Below are positions 47,960 to 59,204 of a stretch of 64,000 bases of DNA, piece after piece. The position numbers and the translations under genes are program-made. Below the pieces are notes generated by a model. The model was not told the origin of the DNA. It did not search any database and was given only the letters and a program-made list of their open reading frames with translations. This stretch comes from Pristiophorus japonicus. Lineage: Eukaryota. Position 1 is the first letter of the stretch, and each line of letters starts with the position of its first letter. The stretch covers positions 6,758,001 through 6,822,000 of the forward strand of contig NC_091999.1 of the NCBI RefSeq assembly GCF_044704955.1, in the 5' to 3' direction.

Positions 47960-50350
47960 CAACCTGCGAAAATGCCCTGTAAACATTTCTCCTTCTCGTA
48001 TTTCTCCAATTCCCTCGTCAACGTTACTCTTCAGTCCGTTCCTAGCGCCCTTTCAGGCCGCGCGTTCCTGCTCACAACAACTCGCTGTGTAAAGAATCGT
48101 TTCCTTCTGTTGCCACAAGTTCTTTCGCCGATTATCGTCAATCTGTGACCCTCTGGTTCCCGACCCTCCCGCCAGTGGGAACAGTTGCTCTCTGTCTCCT
48201 CTGTCCAGATCCCTCATCATTCTGAACACCTCGATTAAATCTCCCCTTAACCTTCTCTGCTCCACGGAGACCCAGCCCCAGCCTCTCCAGTCTCTCCCCG
48301 TCACTGAGGTCCCACATCCCCGGGACCATTCTGGCCAATCTCCCTCTGCACCTTCTCCAAGGCCTTCACATCCTCTCTAAAGTGCGGTGCCTAGAATTGG
48401 ACACAATACTCCAGTTGGGGCCCAGGCAGTGTTGTATAAAGGTCCCTCATAACTCCCTCCCTTTTGTGCTCTGTGCCTCTACTTATGAAGACCAGGATCC
48501 CATTAGCTTTAACCGCTTTCCCAACCTGCCCTCCACCTCCAATGATCTGTGCCCGTATACCCCCAGGTCTCTCTGTTCATGTACCCCCTTTAGCATTGTA
48601 CCCTTGAGCTTATATCGCCTCTCTTTGTTCATACGACCGAAATGCATCACTTTGCACGTTTCTGCGTTAAGTTCCATCTGCCACGTGTCCGCCCGTTCCA
48701 CAAGTCCTGAAGTCCGCTACTATCAGTCAACATGGAGTTATGGAAAGAAAATCACGTCTGACAAACCCACTGGAGTTTTTTGAGGATGTACCTGATAGAT
48801 TAGATAAGGGAGAACCAGTGGGTGTCGTGTATTTGGATTTTCAGAAGGCCTTTGATAAAGTCCCACATAAGAGGTTAGTGTGCAAAATTAAAGCACGTAG
48901 GATTGTGGGTAATGTATTGGCATGGATTGAGAATTGGTTAACTGACAGGAAACAGAGAGTCGGAATAAACGGGTCTTTTTCAGGGTGGCGGGCAGTGACT
49001 AGTGGGGTACCACAGGGATCAGTGCTGGGGCCCCAGCTAGTCACAATATATATAAATGATTTGGATGAGGGAACCAAATGTAATATTTCCAAGTTTGCTG
49101 ACGACACAAAATGAGGTGGGATTGTGAGTTGTGAGGAGGATGCAATGACGCTGCAAGGCGATTTAGATCGGTTGAGTGAGTGGGCAAACACATGGCAGAT
49201 GCAGTGTAATGTGGATAAATGTGAAGTTATCCACTTTGGTAGGGAAAAGCATAAGGACAAAGTGTTATTGAAATGGTGATGGCTCGGGAAGTGTCGATGT
49301 ACAGAGGGACCTGGGTGTCCTTGTACACCAGTCAGTGAAAGCAAACCTGCAGGTGCAGCAAGCAGTTCGGGGCAAATGGTATATTCGCCTTCATTGCAAG
49401 AGGGTTTGAGTACAGGAGCAAGGATGTGTTACTACAGTTACACAGGGCCTTGGTGAGACCGCACCTAGAGTATTGTGAGCAGTTTTGGTCTCCTTACCTA
49501 AGGAAGGATATACTTGCCACAGAGGGAGTGCAGCGAAGGTTCACCAGACTGATTCCTGGGGTGGCAGGACTGTGGTATGAGGAGAGATTGGGTCGACTGG
49601 GCCTGTATTCACTGGAGTTTAGAAGAATGAGAGGGGATCCCATTGAAACGTATAAAATTCTGACGGGGTTGGACAGACTGGATACATGGAGGATGTTTCC
49701 CCCCCGGAGCTGGGAAGTCTAGAACAAGGGGTCACACAGTCTCAGGATACGGGGTAGGAAATTTAGGACCGAGATGGGGAGAAATGTTTTCACTCAGAGG
49801 GTGGTGAACCTGTGGAATTCTCTACCACAGAAGGCTGTGGAGGCCAAGTCACTGAATATATTTAAGAGGGAGATGGATAGATTTCTAGACACAAAAATGC
49901 ATCAAGGGGTATGGGGAGACAGCGGGAATATGGTGTTGAGAGAGAGGATTAGCCATGATCATATTAAATGGCGGTGCAGGCTCGAGGGGCCGAATGTCCT
50001 ACTCCTGCTCCTATTGTCTATGTTTCCTCCTCACTGTTTACTATAGTTCTGAGTTTCGGGTCATCTGCAAACGTTGGAATGATGCCCTGTCTACCCAGGT
50101 CCAGGTCATTAATATATATCAGGAAGAGCAGTGGTTCTAACACCGACCTCTGCGGGAGATCACTGTATACCTTCCTCCAGTCCGATAAACACCCGTTCAC
50201 CACTACTCTCTGCTCTCTGTCCCTTCGCCAATCATGTACCCACACTGCCAATGTCCCTTAAACCCCCACGGGCTTCAATTTTGCTTTTTGCCTTTGCCTT
50301 TTGAAAGTCTATGTATATGACATCTACCGCACTGCCCTCATCGATCCTCC
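47960..50350. mobile_element. CR1 (-) fragment with a nested CR1 (+, ~48720-50025)
   Basis: [19 protein letters not shown] and FADDTK on +; the - copy resumes after the + copy's tail. Confidence 0.85.
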
Positions 50351-50716
50351 CCGTTAAGTACGGACACGATCCCTGGGACAGTCGGGCTCGTTATGGGCTC
50401 CTGAAGATTTTTGTCGTCCTATTTTCAGCGTCTTTCCGCACTGACCCACATCGCCCCCTGGGGGGCGGGGGGAGGGGGGTTGGCTATGTGTTGCTGAGGT
50501 GAATGTTCCTCCCACCCACGCCTCTGAATTTGGGGCAGGGGAGGGGTGGGCGATGCGTCCCACCATCTCCGCCACCCCACCACGGTTGAACAGCTCCTCA
50601 CTCTGTGGCTGAAGATAACCCAGGGCGGATTGCCGAGAGCGAAGGTAATTTCGGTACGAGGAACAGGCTGAGCTCTCAAACCCTCTGCTTCCCCCCCGCT
50701 CCTCCCCCCCGCACAG

Positions 50717-50854
50717 GGTCTTGGATACTCATCAACGGTCATGGGGTCTCGGCCTGGCACTGGATTCTCTACGCCGTCTGCGGGCTACTCGTCTACACTG
50801 TCCTCATCCTCTGCGTCTCCCACGGCATCAGGACCTGCAGGCAGAAGAGAACGG
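50717..50854 (+). CDS. Connecting-peptide/transmembrane exon of the Ig-superfamily gene
   Basis: Polypyrimidine tract + cag acceptor (phase 1); SWILINGHGVSAWHWILYAVCGLLVYTVLILCVSHGIRTCRQKRT gives a hydrophobic helix plus basic stop-transfer; G|gtacgt donor (phase 1). Confidence 0.75.
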
Positions 50855-50900
50855 GTACGTGTACAAGGTGGTGGGGGAGGTGGGGGGATTGGTTAACGGG

Positions 50901-52324
50901 TGTAAGGTGTGTATTTGTTTTATACTCTACCCTAATCCATAGACCTCGGAACTTATAGTGGGAGAAGGACAACCTGTGGCACAAAATTTAGGCTTAACCC
51001 AGAGTCTGTTTTATCACGCAACAAAAACCGACTAAAAACTACAGGATTAGACTTCTGAGAGAAATTGACTGAAGACATACAATCACCATTCCTGGCTGTA
51101 GTTATTGTAGGTTTGTGGTTGTTGATTCTGTGTGCGGTTGATTCTTCTTCTGTCCGTTCTCTGCAGTGCAGTTCCTTCTGTGTACGTTCTGTCTCTCTGT
51201 TTCTCCGTCTTTGTCTTCTTGTGTTCGTTAGACACCTCAAGTCGCTGGAGAAATACCACCAACGATGCCTCCGCAAGATCCTGCAAATCCCCCGGGAGGA
51301 CAGACGCACCAACGTTAGCGTCCTCGACCAGGCCCAACATCCCCAGCATCGAAGCACTGACCACACACTCGACCAGCTCCGCTGGGCAGGGCCACATTGT
51401 CCGCATTCCCCTGACACGAGAGTCCCAAAGCGAGCGCTCTACTCGGAACTCCTTCACGGCAAACGAGCCAAAGGTGGGCAGAGGAAACGTTACAAGGGAC
51501 CACCCTCAAAGCCCTCCCTGATAAAGTGCAACATCCCCACCGACATCTGGGAGCCCCTGATGAAAGACCAGTCCCGCCGTAAGTGGAGGAAGTGCATCCG
51601 GGAGGGCGCTGAGCACCTCGAGTCTCGTCGCCGAGAGCGTGCAGAAAGCAAGCGCAGGCAGCGGAAGGAGCGTGCGGCAAACCAGTCCCACCCTCCCCTT
51701 CCCTCAACCACTGTCTGTCCCACCTGTGACATAGACTGTGGTTCCTGTATTGGACTGTTCAGCCACCTCAGGACTCATGTTAAGAGTGGAAGCAAGTCTT
51801 CCTCGATTCCGAGGGACTGCCTATGATGATAATTATATCCATCGTATGAATAATTTTCCTGCTGGGCCAGGTTCCGATGAATGCGTCTGGATTGCTGTGT
51901 TGATTTGTGTAACTGGCTGTGGTGATGAGTTTAAATGGCTACTAATTTGCACACGGAGTCGACAGTGCAAAAGATAACTCCTTATCCTTAATGCCCCGTT
52001 ATCCAAAAATGTGCATTTTGTAGGGTTCCTTTGTGCTCCTGATTTCTTGCAGACTTGTAGTCTCTGGAGTGACTTGTTTTACTGCCCCTATGGCCAACCA
52101 ATGCCAGGACTCTCCTGATAGACAGTATCAATGTCTTTGTCTGTACGCATAACCACGTTTAGTCCTCGACCATAGAGATTGTTCTTAATGGGTGATGAGT
52201 CACCACTAGCCTCAGGCTGGTGCCTTTTCCCCCGCCCAGAAAGTCCACATTTTCTACTCTAAAACAGTTTAGTCGTGGCCTCTTCCAGTGCCTTGTTCCA
52301 ATAAAATAGGTACGTACCCTTACA
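50901..52324 (+). mobile_element. Solo LTR (~0.8 kb net) with a nested RTE fragment (~51231-51830)
   Basis: TGTAAGG...CCTTACA perfect 7-bp terminal inverted repeats; CGGG TSD (50897-50900, 52325-52328); CCAAT and AATAAA (52300-52305) on +. Confidence 0.75.
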
Positions 52325-52414
52325 CGGGAATGGACCAGAGGAAATCGCCGTGCACTCTGGGAGCGATTACCGTCAGCTAATTACACCGAGCCGTCCTATT
52401 CCACGTGAAAGAAA

Positions 52415-53660
52415 GGAAGACTTGCATTTATATAGCGCCTGTCATGACCACCAGACGTCTCAAAGCACGTTACAGCCAATGAAGTGCTTTTTAGAGTGTA
52501 GTTACTGTTGTAACACAGCAGCCAATTCGCGCACAGCAAGATCCCACAAACAGCACCGTGATAATGAGTCAGATAATCTGTTTTTTTGTTATGTTGATTG
52601 AGGGATAAATATTGGCCCCAGGACACCGGGGAGAACTCCCCTGCTCTTCTTCCAAATAGTGCCATGCGATCTTTTAGGTCCACCTGAGAGGGCAGACAGG
52701 GCCTCGATTTAACATCTCATCCGAAAGATGGCCCCTCCGACAGTGCAGCACTCCCTCAGTACCGCCCCTCCGGCAGTGGGCTGCTCCCTCAGTACTGCCC
52801 CTCCGACAGTGCGGCGTTCCCTCAGTACTGCCCCCTCCGACAGTGCGGCGCTCCCTCAGTACTGCCCCCTCCGACAGTGCGGCGCTCCCTCAGCACTGCC
52901 CCTCCGACAGTGCGGCGTTCCCTCAGCACTGCCCCTCCGACAGTGCGGCGCTCCCTCAGTACTGCCCCTCCGACAGTGCGGCGCTCCCTCAGCACTGCCC
53001 CTCCGATAGTGCGGCGCTCCCTCAGTACTGCCCCTCCGACAGTGCGGTGCTCCCTCAGTACTGCCCCTCCGACAGTGCGGCTCTCCCTCAGTACTGCCCC
53101 TCCGACAGTGCGGCGCTCCCTCAGTACTGCCCCCTCCGACAGTGCGGCGCTCCCTCAGCACTGCCCCTCCGACAGTGCGGCGTTCCCTCAGCACTGCCCC
53201 TCCGACAGTGCGGCGCTCCCTCAGTACTGCCCCTCCGACAGTGCGGCGCTCCCTCAGCACTGCCCCTCCGACAGTGCGGCGCTCCCTCAGTACTGCCCCT
53301 CCGACAGTGCGGTGCTCCCTCAGTACTGCCCCTCCGACAGTGCGGCTCTCCCTCAGTACTGCCCCTCCGATAGTGCGGTGCTCCCTCAGTACTGCCCCTC
53401 CGACAGTGCGGTGCTCCCTCAGTACCGCCCCTCCGACAGTGCGGTGCTCCCTCAGTACTGCCCCTCCGACAGTGCGGTGCTCCCTCAGTACCGCCCCTCC
53501 GACAGTGCGGTGCTCCCTCAGTACTGCCCCTCCGACAGTGCGGTGCTCCCTCAGTATTGCACTGGGAGTGTCAGCCTGGATTTGCTGAAGTCTCTGGAGT
53601 GAGACCTGAACCCACGACCTTCTGGGGCTGAGTGTCCTTCCCACTGAGCCACAGCTGACA
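52415..53660 (-). mobile_element. Full tRNA-headed Deu-domain SINE with a 33-bp expansion (~25 units)
   Basis: Head TGGCTCAGTGG...GGTTCAGGTC on -, Deu core, L2-like tail. Confidence 0.85.
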
Positions 53661-53714
53661 CTGTCAGACACAGAGAGTGACAGGTCGATTGGAGTCCAGG
53701 TACAGAGGCAGACA

Positions 53715-54285
53715 CACCACACCTGGAGTACTGCGTGCAGTTTTGGTTTCCATATTTACGAAAGCATATACTTGCTTTGGAGGCAGTTCAGAGAAGGTTC
53801 ACTCGGTTGATTCCGGGGATGAGGGGGTTGACTTATGAGGAAAGGTTGAGGAGGTTGGGCCTCTACTCATTGGAGTTCAGAAGAATGAGAGGTGATCTTA
53901 TCGAAACGTATAAGATTATGAGGGGGCTCGACAAGGTGGATGCAGAGAGGATGTTTCCACTGATGGGGGAGACTAGAACTAGGGGGCATGGTCTTAGAAT
54001 AAGGGGCCGCCCATTTAAAACTGAGATGAGGAGGAATTTCTTCTCTCAGAGGGTTGTAAATCTGTGGAATTCTCTGCCCCAGAGAGCTGTGGAGGCTGGG
54101 TCATTCAATATATTTAAGGCGGAGATAGACAGATTTTTGAGCGATAAGGGAGTGAAGGGTTATGGGGAGCGGGCGGGGAAGTGGAGCTGAGTCCATGATC
54201 GGATCAGCCATGGTCGTATTAAATGGCGGAGCAGGCTCGAGGGGCCGAATGGCCGACTCCTGCTCCTATTTCTGATGTTCGTATG
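53715..54285 (+). mobile_element. CR1 LINE 3' end
   Basis: ORF 53735-54190 is the CR1 RT C-terminus. Confidence 0.9.
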
Positions 54286-54384
54286 ATCGGAGCCCAGGCA
54301 GACAGATAGGTGGATCAAGGCCATTTTAGTGTGAGGTTCCTCTTAAACCGAGGCTGATTTATTTCACCCTTTCTCTTCCTGCAG

Positions 54385-54466
54385 GCATTTACCGGAAGCA
54401 GGGAGACAGCCTTTGTCAACAGAAGGGTCTTGAAATGGACACCATCCCATGTCTGGATGAGAAAAG
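54385..54466 (+). CDS. Putative cytoplasmic-tail exon of the Ig-superfamily gene (G-IYRKQGDSLCQQKGLEMDTIPCLDEK-S)
   Basis: Strong acceptor ttctcttcctgcag, open in phase 1 matching the TM exon; AG|gtaggt donor (phase 2); lies in a small unique island between TEs. Confidence 0.6.
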
Positions 54467-54521
54467 GTAGGTTAGTGATTTAATATCCAGGTCACCCCCA
54501 ACAGGAGAGGAGGGAGCCAAT

Positions 54522-56640
54522 AATCATCATCATAGACAGTCCCTCGGAGTCGAGGAAGACTTGCTTCCACTCTAAAAGCGAGTTCTCAGGTGACTGAACA
54601 GTCCAATACGGGAGCCACAGTCCCTGTCACAGGTGGGACAGACAGTGGTTGAGGGAAGGGGAGGATGGGACTGGTTTGCCGCACGCTCCTTCCGCTGCCT
54701 GCGCTTGCTTTCTGCACGCTCTCGGCGATGAGACTCGAGGTGCTCAGCGCCCTCCCGGATGCACTTCCTCCACTTAGGGGCGGACTGGTCTTTGGGCCCA
54801 GGGACTCCCGGGTGTCGGTGGGGGATGTTGCACTTTATCAGGGAGGCTTTGAGGGTGGTCCCTTGTAACGTTTCCTCTGCCCACCTTTGGCTTGTTTGCC
54901 GTGAAGGAGCTCCGAGTGGAGCGCTCGCTTTGGGAGTCTCGTGTCTGGGGGGCCATGCGGACAATGTGGCCCTGCCCAGCGGAGCTGGTCGAGTGTGTGG
55001 TCAGTGCTTCGATGCTGGGGATGTTGGCCTGGTCCATGTCGAGGACGAGGTTTTAAGGAGTGTCTTGAAGGAGGAGAGAGAGGTCGAGAGGCGGAGAGGT
55101 TCAGGGAGGGAGTTCCAGAGCTTGGGGCCCAGGCAACAGAAGGCACGGCCACCGATGGTGGAGCGATTATAATCAGGGATGGTCGGGGGGCAGAATTAGA
55201 GGAGCGCAGACATCTCGGGGGGTTGTGGGGCTGGAGGAGGTTACAGAGATAGGGAGGGGTGTAGGGGCTGGAGGGGGTTACAGAGATAGGGAGGGGTGTA
55301 GGAGCCATGGAGGGATTTGTAAACAAGGATGAGAATTTTGAAATCGAGGCATTGCTTAACCAAGAGCCAATGTAGGTCAGTGAGCACAGTGGGTGATGGG
55401 TGAGCGGGACTGGGTGCGAGTTAGGACACGGGGCAGTGACCACAGCGGGTGATGGGTGAGCGGGACTGGGTGCGAGTTAGGACACGGGGCAGTGACCACA
55501 GCGGGTGATGGGTGAGCGGGACTCAGTGCGAGTTAGGACACGGGGCAGTGAGCGCAGGGGGTGATGGGTGAGTGGGACTGGGTGCAAGTTAGGACACGGG
55601 ACAGCGAGCACAGGGGGTGATGAGTGAGCGGGACTGGGTGCAAGTTAGGACACGGGACAGCGAGCACAGGGGGTGATGGGTGAGTGGGACTGGGTGCAAG
55701 TTAGGACACGGGGCAGTGAGCACAAGGGGTGATGAGTGAGCGGGACTGGGTGCGAGTTAGGACACGGGGCAGCGAGCACAGGGGGTGATGGGTGAGCGGG
55801 ACTGGGTGCGAGTTAGGACACGGGGGCAGTGAGCACAGGGGGTGATGGGTGAGCGGGACTCGGTGCGAGTTAGGACACGGGGCAGTGAGCACAGGGGGTG
55901 ATGGGTGAGCGGGACTGGGTGCGAGTTAGGACACGGGGCAGTGACCACAGCGGGTGATGGGTGAGCGGAACTCAGTGCGAGTTAGGACACGGGGCAGTGA
56001 GCGCAGGGGGTGATGAGTGAGCGGGACTGGGTGCGAGTTAGGACACGGGGCAGTGAGCACAGGGGGTGATGGGTGAGCGGGACTCGGTGTGAGTTAGGAC
56101 ACAGGGCAGTGAGCGCAGGGGGTGATGGGTGAGTGGGACTGGGTGCGAGTTAGGACACGGGACAGCGAGCACAGGGGGTGATGGGTGAGTGGGACTCGGT
56201 GCAAGTTAGGACACGGGGACAGCTGAGTTTTGGATAACCTCTAGTTTACGTCGGGTAGAATGTGGGAGGCCGGCCAGGAGTGCGTTGGAATAGTCAAGTC
56301 TGGGGGTAACAAAGGCACGGATGAGGGTTTCAGCAGCGGATGAGCTGAGGCAGGGGCGGGGACGGGCGATGTTACGGAGGGGGAAATAGGCGGGTCTTAG
56401 TTCGGCTATGGATACGTGGCCAGAAGCTCATTTCGGGGTCAGATATCACGCCTGGGTTGGGAACAGTCTGGTTCAGCAGCAGATTGATGCTCGGGAGAGG
56501 GAGGGAGTCGGTGGCTGAGGAACGCAGTTTGTGGTGGGAAGCGAAGACAATGGCTTCGGCCTTCCCGATATTCAATTGGAGAAAAGTTCTGCCCCTCCGG
56601 TACTGGATGTCGGACAAGCCGTCTGACAATTTAGAGACCG
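54522..56640 (-). mobile_element. RTE 3' fragment (54522-~55050) followed by an L2 fragment with a 56-bp minisatellite (~55380-56220)
   Basis: RTE tail and C2H2 finger; L2 motifs KLSDGLSDI..LQLNIGK; tandem unit visible. Confidence 0.85.
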
Positions 56641-56995
56641 TAGAGCGCGTGTCCGCGCGCATGCTCACGGGTTTCTGGGAGCGACGCTCTCTGTGGTCTG
56701 GGGGAGTCCGTATTCCACGTGTAGGTTGAGTGTGCGAGGTTGCAGCCCCTCTTCCAATATCTGAAGGGGCTGCTCCTCAAATTCTGCCTGCACCTCCGTC
56801 CCTCGCTCCTGATCTTTGGGCACCCTGTGCGGAGGGCCTCCTCGTGGGCCTGCTCCTGGGCACGGCCAAGGGGGGCCATCAGCCGGTCCAGGCAGCGGGT
56901 GGTCGAGGGGGTCGTTCAGCCCGACTGCCCGCCTCTCTTCCGCGGTTACATCCGGGCCAGGGTGTCCCTGGAGATGGAGCACGCGGTGTCCACTG
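56640..56995 (+). mobile_element. Tx1-clade LINE ORF2 C-terminal fragment
   Basis: CG..ESVFHV...C.RLQPLFQYLKGLLLKF.LH..P.LLIFGHP..LLLG.AK resembles the Tx1 ORF2 C-terminus with its CCHC finger. Confidence 0.7.
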
Positions 56996-57318
56996 AGGTG
57001 AGGAGGAATTTCTTCTCTCAGAGGTTTGTGGATCTATGGAATTCAGTCTTAAATGGGCGGCCCCTTATTCTAAGACCATGCCCCCTAGTTCTAGTCTCCC
57101 CCATCAGTGGAAACATCCTCTCTGCATCCACCTTGTCGAGCCCCCTCATAATCTGATACGTTTCGATAAGATCACCTCTCATTCTTCTGAATTCCGATGA
57201 GTAGAGGCCCAACCTCCTCAACCTTTCCTCATAAGTCAACCCCCTCATCCCCGGAATCAACCGAGTGAACCTTCTCTCAACTGCCTCCAAAGCAAGTATA
57301 TCCTTCCTTAAATACGGA
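56995..57318 (-). mobile_element. CR1 fragment with a short inverted piece (~56995-57042)
   Basis: CR1 motifs on -, abutting a + oriented RRNFFSQR..LWN segment. Confidence 0.75.
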
Positions 57319-57389
57319 GGCATTTTGAGCAACACTTTTACCTGTCCGGGACTCCAGCTGATTTCTAACCTCATTTCTTTTCATTTCAG

Positions 57390-57405
57390 TCAACAAGTCT
57401 CATGA
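57390..57405 (+). CDS. Putative terminal coding exon of the Ig-superfamily gene (S-QQVS-stop)
   Basis: Branch point ctaac, pyrimidine tract and tttcag acceptor; phase 2 matches the preceding donor; TGA at 57403-57405. Confidence 0.5.
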
Positions 57406-57504
57406 AGTGCCAACGATGAAGGTTCAGCGATTCCCGGATTCCCGGATTCCCGTTGATTCCTCATTGCGGCCTGAGAGATCTCTGGAGTCAGAGAATGCTT
57501 CAAC

Positions 57505-58963
57505 TGCCTGCCGTTCTGAAAAGGACCCGTTTATCCCGACTCTCTGCTTCCTGTCTGCCAACCAGTTCTCTATCCACGTCAGTACATTACCCCCAATACC
57601 ATGTGCTTTGATTTTGCACACCAATCTCTTGTGTGGGACCTTGTCAAAAGCCTTTTGAAAGTCCAAATACACCACATCCACTGGTTCTCCCTTGTCCACT
57701 CTACCAGTTACATCCTCAAAAAATTCTAGAAGATTTGTCAAGCATGATTTCCCTTTCATAAATCCATGCTGACTTGGACCGATCCTGTCACTGCTTTCCA
57801 AATGCGTTGCTATTTCATCCTTAATAATTGATTCCAACATTTTCCCCACCACTGATGTCAGGCTAACTGGTCTATAATTCCCTGTTTTCTCTCTCCCTCC
57901 TTTTTTAAAAAGTGGTGTTACATTAGCTACCCTCCAGTCCATAGGAACTGATCCAGAGTCAATAGACTGTTGGAAAATGATCACCAATGCATCCACTATT
58001 TCTAGGGCCACTTCCTTAAGTACTCTGGGATGCAGACTATTAGGCCCCGGGGATTTATCGGCCTTCAATCCCATCAATTTCCCTAACACAATTTCCTGAC
58101 TAATAAGGATTTCCTTCAGTTCCTCCTTCTCGCTAGACCCTTGGTCCACTAGTATTTCCGGAAGGTTATTTGTGTCTTCCTTCATGAAGACAGAACCAAA
58201 GTATTTGTTGAATTGGTCTGCCATTTCTTTGTTCCCTATTATAAATTCACCTGAATCTGACTGCAAGGGACCTACGTTGGTCTTCACTAATCTTTTTCTC
58301 TTCACATATCTATAGAAGCTTTTGCAGTCAGTTTTTATGTTCCCAGCAAGTTTCCTCTCATACTCTATTTCCCCCTCCTAATTAAACCCTTTGTCCTCCT
58401 CTGCTGAATTCTAAATGTCCTCAGGTTTGCTGCTTTTTCTGGCCAATTTATATGCCTCTTCCTTGGATTTAACACTATCCCTAATTTCCCTTGTTAGCCA
58501 CGGTTGAGCCACCTTCCCCGTTTTTTTTATTACTCCAGACAGGGATGTACAATTGTTGACATTCATCCATGTGATCTTTAAATGTTTTCCATTGCCTATC
58601 CACCATCAACCCTTTAAGTATCATTCGCCAGTCTATTCTAGCCAATTCACGCCTCAAACCATCGAAGTTACCTTTCCTTAAGTTCAGGACCCTAGTCTCT
58701 GAATTAACTGTGTCACTCGCCATCTTAATAAAGAATTCTACCATATTATGGTCACTCTTCCCCAAGGGGCCACGCACAACAAGATTGCTAATTAATCCGT
58801 TCTCATTACACATCATCCAGTCTAGGATGGCCAGCCCTCTAGTTGGTTCCTCGACATATTGGTCTAGAAAACCATCCCTAATACACTCCAGGAAATCCTC
58901 CTCCACCGTATTGCTCCCAGTTTGGTTAGCCCAGTCAATATGTAGATTAAAGTCGCCCATGAC
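57505..58963 (-). mobile_element. Internal CR1 ORF2 fragment (endonuclease end to mid-RT) flanked by a 47-bp direct duplication
   Basis: MGDFN, SDHN, NYRPVSLTS and YLDFQKAFD motifs; no CR1 3' tail; identical 47-mers at 57458-57504 and 58964-59010. Confidence 0.9.
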
Positions 58964-59204
58964 TCCTCATTGCGGCCTGAGAGATCTCTGGAGTCAGAGA
59001 ATGCTTCAACAATCGACTGTGCAGACCATTAAACTGTCCTTGTAATGTAACTGACCCAGCCGAGGTCTAATTCACCCCCTCACCCTCACTCCCCACACCC
59101 ACCCTCTCACCCAACTATCTCCCCACCCACCCCCTCACCCACCCCCTCACACACCTAACCCAGTGCCAATGCCAAATGTTATGCCAGCTGTCTCACCACA
59201 GTGC

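Noticed and set aside
43287-50854. PNP-immunoglobulin-TM fusion gene
   Set aside because: The parts are separated by a scaffold gap, and PNP exon 3 ends in phase 0 whereas Ig domain exons are normally phase 1; two genes is the simpler reading.
46518-50854. Assignment as a TCR or IgH constant gene
   Set aside because: The TM lacks the charged Lys/Arg of TCR chains and the canonical IgH TM sequence, and only half the domain is visible; left unnamed.
51065-51826. 253-aa ORF with a hydrophobic N-terminus and zinc finger
   Set aside because: Chance in-frame fusion of pyrimidine-rich LTR-internal sequence with an RTE fragment, using a non-ATG start.
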